The position numbers and the translations under genes are program-made. Under the pieces are notes generated by a model. That model was not told where the DNA came from. It saw only the letters and a list, made by a program, of their open reading frames with translations, and did no database searches. From positions 81,537,621 to 81,601,620 of the forward strand of contig NC_068983.1 in the NCBI RefSeq assembly GCF_001194135.2: a stretch of DNA of 64,000 nt, in the 5' to 3' direction. Origin of the DNA: Octopus bimaculoides. Lineage: Eukaryota. Of this stretch, positions 12,770-24,173 are shown in pieces; positions within the stretch are counted from its first letter, which is position 1, and the number at the start of each line of letters is the position of its first letter.

Positions 12770-13003
12770 TGCGCGACGGGTCCCCCACGAGTCCGCCTTA
12801 TCAACTGTTGACGGCCCGGTAAGTGCCGACCGTGGTGGCAACGGGTAACGGGGAATCAGGGTTCGATTCCGGAGAGGGAGCATGCGAAACGGCTACCACA
12901 TCCAAGGAAGGCAGCAGGCGCGCAAATTACCCACTCCCGGCACGGGGAAGTAGTGACGAAAAATAACGACGCGGGACTCTGTCGAGACCCCGCGATCGGA
13001 ATG
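12770..13003 (+). rRNA. Isolated 18S rRNA fragment (about 235 bp, pseudogenic)
   Basis: Contains universal SSU strings ggtaacggggaatcagggttcgattccggagagggagc, acggctaccacatccaaggaaggcagcaggcgcgcaaattaccc and gtagtgacgaaaaataac. Flanks are not rDNA. Confidence 0.95.
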
Positions 13004-13399
13004 TATACACTCGTATTTATTTTCAAAGGAACATTAATATTCTATGAAAAGCAGAAGTAAAAGATGCAATGACACAGGATTTTCAGTAAGTAATAAAATT
13101 TTGAATATAGAAAACATTGTACCAATTGTACTTGTGTTTGATACTAACGGTATTTCGGAGAAATACTGAAGTTATTCTGTTGTCTTTTATATGTCAATGA
13201 TCTATTATCCTAGAAGTTTTAGTTTTAGAAAATATTTTTTCTCTTTGATTAGCAATGATTTCTACCATATCTTATATGGCATTTTTTGAGATCCTTATAA
13301 TATAATGTGCTTTACTCTTTCGTACTAGCACGTATATAACCATTGACGTATATGTCTGTACCTCATTTGGTAATCAAATTCAGTTTTACTTTCTATACA

Positions 13400-14577
13400 A
13401 TTAAAACAACCGGGTGTATTAGAGCAACAACGTTAAAACGAGTGGAAAGCAACAATAAAAAAGATTACGGATTTCTTGCTGTATCTTCTGAATGATACAT
13501 CGCTATGTGCAACAACAAAGGCTACTGTCAAATGACTGCTGAAACAATCTTGCAAAGTTTCTACTTTGTTCGGTATCAACGTGGCTGGGAATATTTTTGA
13601 AATATGTGAATTTCTGGCATGTAGTTTACAGCATCCAGGCACAACAATCAGTGACTGCTTGAAGCTGATCAAGAAGTTGAAGAAATCTCTTTCAAAAATG
13701 AGAAGTGAGAAAGTTTTTGAAAACTATTTCGGCGAAATATCCTCTGCTGACTTTGTGAAAATGCCTAACACTTTTCGTTCCAAGAATACACCGCTGCGCT
13801 TCAGACATACAACAACTACTGAAGATGTAATCGATGACTGGCATCGGCAATTTTTCAGCATCATTGATGTCGTCGAAAATGAATGGAATTGCCGCTTTCA
13901 GCAAGAGGAAATGTGCATATGCTACGAACGAGAGGATTTGCAGTTATCAGTAGTCAGCCGTGGGATGCCTGAGCCTGAAAATGCATACCTGCTTTTTTTC
14001 ATTTTACTTGCTTACACTGTCATCACAAATCAAACTCCTTACTGGCCTGTAGACAGAAAAAGAAGCTTTGCCCAAGTAATTGCATAAAAATGTTGAAAAG
14101 GAGAGCTTCTGATGCTGTTATTCGCTCTAGCAAGTCTTGATGCCAGTACAGCTTATACTGTCTCGTACATATGGAAAAATGCTTCAAATTATTCTCTCGT
14201 TTTGGCAATGAAACTTTCCATGTGGATGTGCAAAGCATTTTTCTTGCACAAGTTTTTATACACATGCATTATGACATAGCGTGTTAGACGGAGTTACTTC
14301 ATCGTGATATGGAACAAGGTCTTCAAACGGTGAAGTGCATTGAACTTTCTCTTGCTTGCAGCTTGCTTATTCTGTCTTTGCATCAATCGAGAGAACGTTC
14401 ACGGCACTTCGCTATTTGGAGACCTGGCTCCGTATCATAATGACGCAGCACTGCCAAACACGCCGTGCCATAATGCATCTGCATAAAAACTTGTGCAAGA
14501 AAAACGCTTTGCACATATTCAAGGAAAGTCTCATTGCCAAAACAATCGCGCGAAGAAAATATTTTGGAAAAATTTGA
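13400..14577 (+). pseudogene. Decayed hAT transposase (ZMYM1/Tip100-like), with hATC dimerisation motif
   Basis: Reads ...TLFGINVAGNIFEICEFLACSLQ... and ASIERTFTALRYLETWLRIIMTQ...AIMHLHK (compare SAERSFS.L...KT.LRSTM.Q.RL..LA.L.IH). Stops and frameshifts. Candidate right TIR ...gcgggccactg ends at 15951. Confidence 0.75.
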
Positions 14578-14593
14578 AGCACTTTTATATATG

Positions 14594-15824
14594 TACGAGA
14601 GTAGGCTGAAAAGTTCACAGGCTTACAATGAAGGAGAGATATGAAAGCTGTGGAATCTTGCTTGCAGTAATTTCAAGATTTCTTATTAATAACTGCATTA
14701 TTTCTTTCCGGGTAAACTGACATCTGATTATTCAGAGAAACTTTAAATGCTAGCAACTTCTCTTGAAAATCAACTAAATTTGGCATCATGCCATAATGAA
14801 ATACCCGTAGAAAAAGGGTTTAGCTCTCAAAGACATTCATGCTGACATGATCGATACATTAGGGGATGATACTCCAGCTTTGCCAACAGCGCAAAAGTAG
14901 CAGCTGAATTTAGCAGAGGAAGAGAAAGTCTTGAGAAGATCCATGGTCTGGACGTCCTGCATCTGAAGATAACATTGATCGTGTTCACCACATGGTGATG
15001 GATGACAGGCGATTGACTATAAAGCAAATAGTCAATGTTATTAGCATATCCCGTGAGAGAATGGAAAATACTGTACACAATGAACTTAACATGACGAAGG
15101 TTTCTGCTTGGTGGGTGCCACGTCTTCTGACACTTGATCAAACACGCGCCAGGCTGATCACATTACAGGAATATCAGGAATATCTGATATTGTTTGAGAC
15201 AGATCCAGCTTGTTTCTTTGAATGTTTCATAACCTAGAATGTGTGTTGGTTTCATCGTTTTGAACCAGAAACAAAGAGGCAATCCGTGCAGTGGAAACAC
15301 TCCACTTCACTTGCTCCAAAGAAGGCAAGGTCGTTTCATCCGCAGAGAAGTTGATGACCTCAATTTTTTGGAATGCAAAAGGCATTGTGTTTATTGACTA
15401 TCTTCAAAATGATCACACCATCAATGTAGAGTTCTATGCCAACTTGCTAAGGCAGTTACAAAAGGCTATCAAAACCAAACTTCCAGAAAAACTGATAAAG
15501 GGGGTCTTGTTTCATTAGGATAATGCTTCAGCGCACAGGTCCTTGGTTTCAATGACTGCTTGCCTGATTGTCTTGATAACCTCCCATATTTTAGTGATTT
15601 GTTTCCATCTGACTATCGAACATGAAAAAACATGGGCACCTTATCTGATGCTGATGACTTTTTTGACCAGCAGGATGGCTTCTTCATCAATGTGATCCAA
15701 GCACTGCTACACTGATGGAAGTGCATGGACACTAAGAGGAAATATGTTTAAAAAATGAACTTCATTTGGCCACATTCCATGAAAGTGTCTTGCTCACCTA
15801 GGAACATTTCAACCGACCCTCATA
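14594..15824 (+). mobile_element. Full-length decayed mariner (DD34D-type) element
   Basis: TIRs tacgagagtaggctgaaaagttcacagg / cctaggaacatttcaaccgaccctcata with terminal TA. Fragments include DDRRLTIKQI...KVSAWWVPRLLT and FWNAKGIVFIDYLQNDHTINVEFYANLL. Confidence 0.9.
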
Positions 15825-16320
15825 ATAATGAAAATTATTATTATACCTGCATTGGTATTAATATTAATATTGAAAAATCTTATTTTTTTTGTAAAAACAT
15901 TTTGGACCCCGAGTTTGAACCCCCTAAGCAAATTTTGTTCGCGGGCCACTGAAGATGTAAATTCTTTCTTAAATGAAGCAATCCAAAAGATGCTGATGGG
16001 TAATTTCAGAGCTACCAATAAAATATATATTTAGTTGGATGTCCTGACTAGATCTAAAAAGTACGTCCTCGTCCATATGTGTGTGGATAACCCAAAACGT
16101 TTTGATGTAACTGTTACGATTATATCTTGTTTTAACTAGTGTGTTCAATAGATATGTAAGGTACGACCGTGCGAACTCATACAGGAGATATGGTGACGAA
16201 TGGAAAAACAGAGGACTCCTTTTATTTAAACGCGTCACACGGTCGAACACAAAATAATATATATCAATAANNNNNNNNNNGAACACAAAATAATATATAT
16301 CAATAATGATATACATGATA

Positions 16321-17529
16321 TGTTATACGACGATAACATAGATGACCAGTAATGAAAGACCACAACCGTAAAAGATGAACAACAGAAATATTTATTGCAG
16401 CGTTAAAGATGTATGTCTGTGTGAGAGTGTGAATGCGACATATAATAACATAATCAAAGACAGGCCGTCATACAAAGAAAAGTATGTATGTGAGTGATAC
16501 ATGTGTGTGAGTTATTACAGCAGATGGAAAGAGAGTCAATAACACGTGNNNNNNNNNNNNNNNNNNNNNNNNNNNNNNNNNNNNNNNNNNNNNNNNNNNN
16601 NNNNNNNNNNNNNNNNNNNNNNNNNNNNNNNNNNNNNNNNNNNNNNNNNNNNNNNNNNNNNNNNNNNNNNNNNNNNNNNNNNNNNNNNNNNNNNNNNNNN
16701 NNNNNNNNNNNNNNNNNNNNNNNNNNNNNNNNNNNNNNNNNNNNNNNNNNNNNNNNNNNNNNNNNNNNNNNNNNNNNNNNNNNNNNNNNNNNNNNNNNNN
16801 NNNNNNNNNNNNNNNNNNNNNNNNNNNNNNNNNNNNNNNNNNNNNNNNNNNNNNNNNNNNNNNNNNNNNNNNNNNNNNNNNNNNNNNNNNNNNNNNNNNN
16901 NNNNNNNNNNNNNNNNNNNNNNNNNNNNNNNNNNNNNNNNNNNNNNNNNNNNNNNNNNNNNNNNNNNNNNNNNNNNNNNNNNNNNNNNNNNNNNNNNNNN
17001 NNNNNNNNNNNNNNNNNNNNNNNNNNNNNNNNNNNNNNNNNNNNNNNNNNNNNNNNNNNNNNNNNNNNNNNNNNNNNNNNNNNNNNNNNNNNNNNNNNNN
17101 NNNNNNNNNNNNNNNNNNNNNNNNNNNNNNNNNNNNNNNNNNNNNNNNNNNNNNNNNNNNNNNNNCTGGACGAAGCTGTTGAAGTGGTCGCTGGCTGATT
17201 GTTGCTGCTGCTGTCGTGTGGTACACGGAACAGTCTCTAAGAGAAACTGGACCGAGACAAATTTGGTGGGTATGAGTTGATCTATTTATAGCGTATTATC
17301 GGCTCACCAGACATCAGAAATATACTCTATCACGTGACCTTATTAAGGGCTGTGATTGGTCAGTTTGCGTTCTGGCGGGAACGGTTCGAAGAATTTGCCG
17401 CTTCAAATAATAATCAGTCACGTGATGACAAGGTTGATGTTTTCCGCTACGTCCGCGTTTGTTTATATTTAAATGAGAAGAATAGCGATAGTAGTTTTGT
17501 ATCTAATGGCGATAGGTAGTTTCACTACA
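16321..17529 (-). mobile_element. Probable solo LTR (Gypsy-like) with 4-bp TSD GATA, interrupted by N gap 16549-17165
   Basis: Minus strand begins TGTAGTG (17529) and ends ATAACA (16321). GATA at 16317-16320 and 17530-17533. TATA near the 5' end and AATAAA (plus tttatt about 16391) near the 3' end. Confidence 0.65.
17282..17425 (-). promoter_or_regulatory. Pol II promoter-like cluster in the putative LTR U3
   Basis: Minus-strand CTATAAATAG (17291-17282), CCAAT (plus gattgg about 17355) and two CACGTG E-boxes (about 17331 and about 17418). Confidence 0.55.
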
Positions 17530-17734
17530 GATATAATTCCGTATATTTTGCCTTTTACATCAGTAGTGTTTTAATTCCCATTTTCTTTTTGTATAACTTC
17601 ATCACCCTTACGTTTTTAAGTAACTCTATCCAGCTCCGTACGTACTGTAACCCCATATTATTCAACGTCATTGTATTTTCTTCGAGTTCCTATAGTGAAT
17701 AAAAATAATGTTTATTATTATTGGATGGAGGAAG

Positions 17735-17950
17735 GCGGCAAGCTGAACGGATCGTTAGCCCGCCGGACAAAAGGCTTGACAGCATCTAGTTCGTCTTTAT
17801 GTTCTGAGTTCTAATTTCGCTGAGGCAGACTTTGCCTTTCATCCTTCCGAGCTCGATGAAATAAAGTACCATTTGAGCAATGGGGTCAATGTAATCGCCT
17901 TATTCCCTCTCCTAGAATTTCAAGTCTTGTGCCTTTAGTAGAAAGGATTA
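17735..17950 (+). mobile_element. SINE family B copy
   Basis: Head ggcggcaagctg...cgttagc...ccgg, body gactttgcctttcatcc...gaaataaagtacc, tail gtcttgtgcctttagtagaaagg. Confidence 0.75.
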
Positions 17951-18370
17951 TTTGGTGGAGGGGTTGAGTTAATAATTACAGTCGCTCCGTCCTCTTTCCT
18001 TCTATTTTACAATATATATGTGTGTGTGTGTGTGTGTGCGTAATCAATTAAGTAAACAAAAGATGGAATTAGTATAATTCTTTATTTTGTACTACTATCG
18101 TTACGATCCATCCTGCGTCCTACAAAATTTCGTCTTCTCTTATACAAATTTCATCTTCTGTTTACTTAATCCATTATTATCTCAACTGACACTGCGGAAT
18201 TCCTGAAGTAAATCCAAAGGAAATATACCTCAACTGCAGATGGCACTAGGTAGCCCAAACTGTGTCAGTGCTTTACTCAACACATCAACACACTAATTGA
18301 CGTATACTCATTAGTCCAAAATAACACACTGACGCGCGCGCGCGCATCTTATAACATAAATGGCAATTCC

Positions 18371-18718
18371 GTGAAGTTCTGTTTTCTGCTGCGAAAAACG
18401 GCGACCAAAACAATTGTCATGCTTCAAACATCTTACAAGGACGCTGCCATGAGCAAAACACAAGTTTATGAGTGGTTTACTCGCTTTAGGAATGATCATT
18501 TGTCGCTTGAAGACCAACCTCGTTCAGGACGACCACTGACCTCCTCGGATGAATGACAACATCATGAAAATTCACGAACTGATCTTGGAGAACCGTCACA
18601 TAGCAATTGACAAACTTGTTGATATGACTGGTGTGTCCTGGAGTTCCTGCCAACGAAGTTTCAGCGAGGAATTGCTAATGAAAAGAGCTGCAGCAAAATT
18701 TGTGCCTCGCTTGCTCAG
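18371..18718 (+). pseudogene. Mariner transposase N-terminal (HTH) fragment
   Basis: KFCFLLRKTATKTIVMLQTSYKDAAMSKTQVYEWFTRFRN...EDQPRSGRP and ...KRAAAKFVPRLL; truncated at a SINE A junction. Confidence 0.85.
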
Positions 18719-19188
18719 TACTTATTCTATCGGTCTCTCTTGCCGAAGCGCTAAGTTACGGGGACGTAAACACACCAGCATCGGTTGTCAAGCGATGGTG
18801 TGTGTGTGTAGGGGGGGGGGAACAAGCACAAACACACAAATATACATACACATATACATATGCAACGGGCTTCTTTCAGTTTCTGTCTACCAAATCCACT
18901 CACAAGGCTTTGGTCGGCCCGAGGTTAAAGTAGAAGACACTTGCCCAAAGTGCCACGCAGTGGGACTGAACCTTGAATCGTCTGGTTGGGAAGCAAGCTT
19001 CTTACAACACAGCCACGCCAGCGCCTATATATACATACATATATCAGACAGGCTTCTTTCAGTTTCCAACTTCACTCATAAGGCTTTGATTGGTCTGTAG
19101 CTAAAACAGAAAACACTTGCCCAAGATGAAACGCCGTAGGACTGAAGCCGGAAGCATGTCACTGAGAAACAAACTTCTTACCCACGCC
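18716..19188 (-). mobile_element. SINE family A copy plus a second tandem head
   Basis: Body from ttattctatcggtctc to head end cacagccacgccagcgcc (about 19025); a second head runs 19045-19188. Confidence 0.75.
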
Positions 19189-19220
19189 TCTGTGTGTGTG
19201 TGTGTGCGTGTGCGTGCGAG

Positions 19221-19261
<41 letters not shown>

Positions 19262-19410
19262 GTGTGTGTGTGTGTACCTTCATTGTTTGGATTTTTTTCC
19301 CACATTTTTGACATATAATTGTATTATATTTATGGCGCATCAAACTACATCTTGCAACACATCAGTGCGTCACAACGAAACCATTGGTATAGCGTGTCAA
19401 AAAGGTAGGT

Positions 19411-19478
19411 CGCATATCTACGGACTGATCGCTGACTGCTATGGAATATTGTGTCAGTGATCAGTTCGTAGATAAGTG
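19411..19478 (+). ncRNA. Pre-miRNA-like hairpin (unvalidated)
   Basis: atctacggactgatcgctgac (19416-19436) pairs with gtcagtgatcagttcgtagat (19453-19473), both mismatches being G.U. 16-nt loop; the stem extends outward to about 26 bp. Confidence 0.4.
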
Positions 19479-19959
19479 AAACAGTATAAAACTAAATGTA
19501 ACAGTATATGTGTGTTTTTAAATCACTTAATATGTCTCTTCAACGAACGTAATTGTTCCAGTTTTAACAGACGATCTTAGATCAATTCACTTGCCAAACA
19601 AACATAAAGCGCACACACACAGACGTGTGTGTGTGTGTGTGTGTGTATGAATGTCTGCGTCTGTATATGTTTCTTTATGGTGACCTTATTCGTCATGCCA
19701 TCCCACTGAAATGGCGAAAGGAAAGAGCGAAATGGGCGAACAAAAATCAGTTGGAAGCGCATGATAAGTTTCAACCTATGCTTCGAACGATGCAGATCTG
19801 CAGCGGGATCCAATAGTTATCTAAGAGGTCACGGATGGAAAGTTAGAAATGCCTTTGACTACAAAAAAGCAGAAGACAGAAATCATCTGTGAAGATGGAG
19901 CTATCATTATATACGCAAATATGTATGAATGTATGTCTATATGTATGTATGTATGTTGT

Positions 19960-20118
19960 TCAATGCTCAAAATGCGGAGTAGATAGACAGCCGACAACTG
20001 ATGAAGGGTCTTTCCTTGTGTTACTTCTCCTGTTACCCATTTGTTTCACTCGTTCTTTGCGTATTGAACTCATTTGTTTTCGTATTTCATGTTGTTTACT
20101 ATTGGTGACAGCCTATAC

Positions 20119-20120
<2 letters not shown>
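19960..20120 (+). repeat. Penelope-like pseudo-LTR-type repeat (related copy 62850-63005)
   Basis: Shared layout (g)aaa(c/t)gc.gagtagat...caactga(t/c)gaaggg followed by a T-rich tract and cccatatat in both copies. The Penelope assignment is inference. Confidence 0.4.
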
Positions 20121-20167
<47 letters not shown>

Positions 20168-21117
20168 NNNNNNNNNNNNNNNNNNNNNNNNNNNNNNNNN
20201 NNNNNNNNNNNNNNNNNNNNNNNNNNNNNNNNNNNNNNNNNNNNNNNNNNNNNNNNNNNNNNNNNNNNNNNNNNNNNNNNNNNNNNNNNNNNNNNNNNNN
20301 NNNNNNNNNNNNNNNNNNNNNNNNNNNNNNNNNNNNNNNNNNNNNNNNNNNNNNNNNNNNNNNNNNNNNNNNNNNNNNNNNNNNNNNNNNNNNNNNNNNN
20401 NNNNNNNNNNNNNNNNNNNNNNNNNNNNNNNNNNNNNNNNNNNNNNNNNNNNNNNNNNNNNNNNNNNNNNNNNNNNNNNNNNNNNNNNNNNNNNNNNNNN
20501 NNNNNNNNNNNNNNNNNNNNNNNNNNNNNNNNNNNNNNNNNNNNNNNNNNNNNNNNNNNNNNNNNNNNNNNNNNNNNNNNNNNNNNNNNNNNNNNNNNNN
20601 NNNNNNNNNNNNNNNNNNNNNNNNNNNNNNNNNNNNNNNNNNNNNNNNNNNNNNNNNNNNNNNNNNNNNNNNNNNNNNNNNNNNNNNNNNNNNNNNNNNN
20701 NNNNNNNNNNNNNNNNNNNNNNNNNNNNNNNNNNNNNNNNNNNNNNNNNNNNNNNNNNNNNNNNNNNNNNNNNNNNNNNNNNNNNNNNNNNNNNNNNNNN
20801 NNNNNNNNNNNNNNNNNNNNNNNNNNNNNNNNNNNNNNNNNNNNNNNNNNNNNNNNNNNNNNNNNNNNNNNNNNNNNNNNNNNNNNNNNNNNNNNNNNNN
20901 NNNNNNNNNNNNNNNNNNNNNNNNNNNNNNNNNNNNNNNNNNNNNNNNNNNNNNNNNNNNNNNNNNNNNNNNNNNNNNNNNNNNNNNNNNNNNNNACTTA
21001 CAAAAGACATAGACACATTGAAGGAGACGCATGCGTAGACACATACAATAGGAATACAAAATACAAAATGGCTGATAGTTAGCAAGGTGAAACACACATA
21101 AGAAAGAAGGAAACAAA

Positions 21118-21162
21118 GGACCACTGATGAGGTCACAGAAGTGTGACGAAAGAACTCTGGCC
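21118..21162 (+). ncRNA. Minimal type I hammerhead-ribozyme-like motif
   Basis: Stem I cca/tgg; core CTGATGA (21124-21130); 6-bp stem II gtcaca-GAAG-tgtgac; GAAA (21148-21151); 2-bp stem III; NUH = CUC at 21155-21157. Confidence 0.65.
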
Positions 21163-21389
21163 AAAATAAGATTAAGATTAATGTAATATAAAGCTGAAGC
21201 AAATTAACACCAAATATACAGTGCGTGTGTTTTTATTGGCTAAACTGGCAATATGACCATCCCCAAGTACAACAACATCTGTTTCAACACACGATTTCAC
21301 ATCAAAAATCTTGCAAAACAAATATGTATATATATATATATATATATAAATATATATGTATGTATATGTGTATGTGTGTGTATGGATAC

Positions 21390-21453
<64 letters not shown>

Positions 21454-21974
21454 ATAGTATATATGTATGTATGTGTGTATGAATGCATGCATGTTCACTT
21501 TCTCTTTAATCTTAAAATAAATTTTGACCGGTCACCTACTTGCCAGCAAGGTTGTAAAAGAATGCATCATCTTTTAACAGTCATCTTTTAAATCTCAAGT
21601 AGGTCTTGCAGATATCATGATCATTTGTAGCATATAAATTAAGGATTTGCATTCTCTCCCCAAGATCCCAAGTTTGGCCATACTTTACTCCAGACATGTA
21701 AGTATGCATGTATGCAAGTACGTGTTTGTGCGCGCGCGCGCGTTTTGGCGGACACATCTTTTGTTAACATGTTTTGCTGCAACATGTTAACAAGCACATT
21801 TCGCCTTTTGTACTTAGTTTTAAGTGACTGGATTATGTTGCTATGTATTGGTAATCCCATGACTACCGACATATACATATATACATACATTCTGAAGTGT
21901 ATTTAAGAAAATGTACGTGTCTAAATAGCTCTCGAGAGCGGATTATTTACTCAGTTGGATCCAATTTAACTGCA

Positions 21975-23167
21975 TACGTGGTCTGATCAAAATCCAGACT
22001 GTTACTACAGTAATGAAGCTGAAGCACGGAGAATGAAGCCGCTTGGCACAGATTGACCTTCAACTTTGCTGTGAATACGCAGTAAGTTTGAACGTTCTAG
22101 CTCAGAGGTTTTCAAACTGTGGTCCGCGGACCACAGGGTGTCCGCAAGGACAAGACAGGGGGTCCGTAGACAGCAAATACTTTTTATGGGCAATTTGATT
22201 TTATATATGTCTTTTAATCGAAATCTTTTAATTGACAATAAACCTATTTGTTAAATACTGTTAAATAAATAAATGTAAAAATGTTATTTTAAGCAAATAT
22301 TTATGTATAAATTTCATAAGCGTTTATAAGGGGGTCCCTAAGGTAAAGCCTGAAATATAAAGGGGTCCGCAAGTCAAAAAGTTTGAAAACCCCTGTTCTA
22401 GCTCACTCCTTTAGGAAATTTTAGTGGAATGTATCAACCTCAGTACTTTTTAAAGCCTGTTACTTGTTCTATCGGTCACTTTTGTCGAACCGCTGTTATG
22501 TGGACGTAAACACACCATGGAAAGTATGTAGCGTGTGATCATCACATTGACCTTGACAAAGAGAGTTGAGCAGAGAATCAATTTTTGTTAAAAGCTTGGC
22601 GATACCTGCTCAGAGGCCTACGCAACGTTTTCAAGAAGTTTTCATCGTTCTCGACACAATCAAGGAAATCTTGTGCAACTGAGGCCCGAGTTTTTTGTGG
22701 GGTCAGCTAAAAGCAGTTTTGGCACAAACTTGGCAGACACGCATCTCATACCTAAATCTTCTGTGATAATGGATTGAACTGAACGGTAACTAATCTGCAC
22801 ATCCTCGGACAACTCACGGATTGTGATTCGACGATTTCCCCTCACAGCTGCATGCACATCTGCGATGTTTTTCTCAGTTCTGCTGATTGCAGGTCATCCA
22901 GAACGTTCGTCAATATCGACATTTTTTCGGCCATCTTGGAAACATCTGAACCACTCGTACACTCCTCTCCATACACTTTCTGCAACTTTGCGCAGGCTTC
23001 TGAGCAGGTATCGCCATAACAACTTTCTCTGTAGAAGTGAGCTAGAACTCTCAAACTTAGTGCGCATGCTCAGTAGAGTTCAAAGTCAATATGTGCCAGG
23101 CGGTTTTGCTCTGCGTACTTTAGCTTCGTTACTGTAGCAACCGAAACTCATTGATCAGTCCTCGTAC
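21975..23167. mobile_element. Fold-back of two convergent 5' halves of one mariner family
   Basis: Plus copy starts tacgtggtctgatcaaa (21975), with ORF start EQRI.FC.KLGDTCSEAYA at about 22565-22645. Minus copy starts tacgaggactgatcaat (23167) and encodes GDTCSEACAKLQKVYGEE...NRRITIREL...VSAKFVPKLL. Confidence 0.75.
22103..22395. mobile_element. hAT-Charlie-type MITE, 293 bp, 8-bp TSD TTCTAGCT
   Basis: TIRs cagaggttttcaaact / agtttgaaaacccctg. TTCTAGCT at 22095-22102 and 22396-22403. Confidence 0.9.
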
Positions 23168-23399
23168 ATTACCCGAATATCATTCAGCCAGTACTTCTGT
23201 ACCAAGGTTGGTATGCTTATTGATCCGAATACTTATTGATCAGTCCTCGTGCATTACCCGAATATAATTCTGCCAGTACTTCTGTACCAAAGTTGGTATT
23301 CATCTATAATTGTGGTGAGTGTATTTTATTCTGACCTAACCAGGCGCCTCAGCTTTAAGCACCTTATTCAAGTGAATCATATATACATATATCATTCAT

Positions 23400-23555
23400 T
23401 TTTTACTTGTTGCAGCCATGCTGGGACACCGCCTTTAGGAAATTTTAGTGGAATGTATCAACCCCAGTACTTATTTTTTAAAAGCCTGTTACTTGTTCTA
23501 TCGATCACTTTTGTCAAACCGCTGTTATGTGGACGTAAACACACCATCACCGGCA

Positions 23556-23614
<59 letters not shown>

Positions 23615-23882
23615 GTGTTTATATCTCTTTCTTGTCTTAGAAAGAGATATAGTTATTAGATTGCGGCTATGCTGGGGCACCACCTGGAAAAATTTTAGTC
23701 GAACGAATCGACTCCAGCATGTTTTTTAAAGCCTGATACTTATTTCTAATCGGTCTCTTTTGTCGAACCGCTAAGTTACAGGAACGTACACACACCAACA
23801 CCGGATGTCAAGCGGTGGTAGTGGGGCAAACACAAAGACAGACAAACACATATACACTTCTTACTACACAACCACGCCTGAG
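23400..23882 (-). mobile_element. Two SINE family A copies separated by (TATC)n
   Basis: Tail and body motifs at 23400-23550 and 23637-23882; (TATC)n at 23556-23613. Confidence 0.7.
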
Positions 23883-23898
23883 CGTATACATTAGTCTC

Positions 23899-23985
<87 letters not shown>

Positions 23986-24173
23986 TGGGAAGAATTCACA
24001 CACACAAAAAAAAAACCAAAAGACGAAGACAGGTGGTGTAGAAAACAAACAGATGTATTAGTATAATACTCGGGAAGTGAAAAAGTCTTTAACGTCTCGA
24101 GCCTACGCTCTTCCACAGAAAGGAACACAGAAAGAAACAAGGAGAGAAATAAACGTATATATATATATATACA

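Noticed and set aside
16248-16306. Direct repeat gaacacaaaataatatatatcaataa on either side of a 10-N gap
   Set aside because: Typical contig-overlap artefact at a scaffold join.
19960-20015. Permuted hammerhead words (GAAA-like before CTGATGA), also at 62853-62892
   Set aside because: No convincing stem I or stem II pairing in either copy, so it is not called a type II ribozyme; kept only as a repeat.
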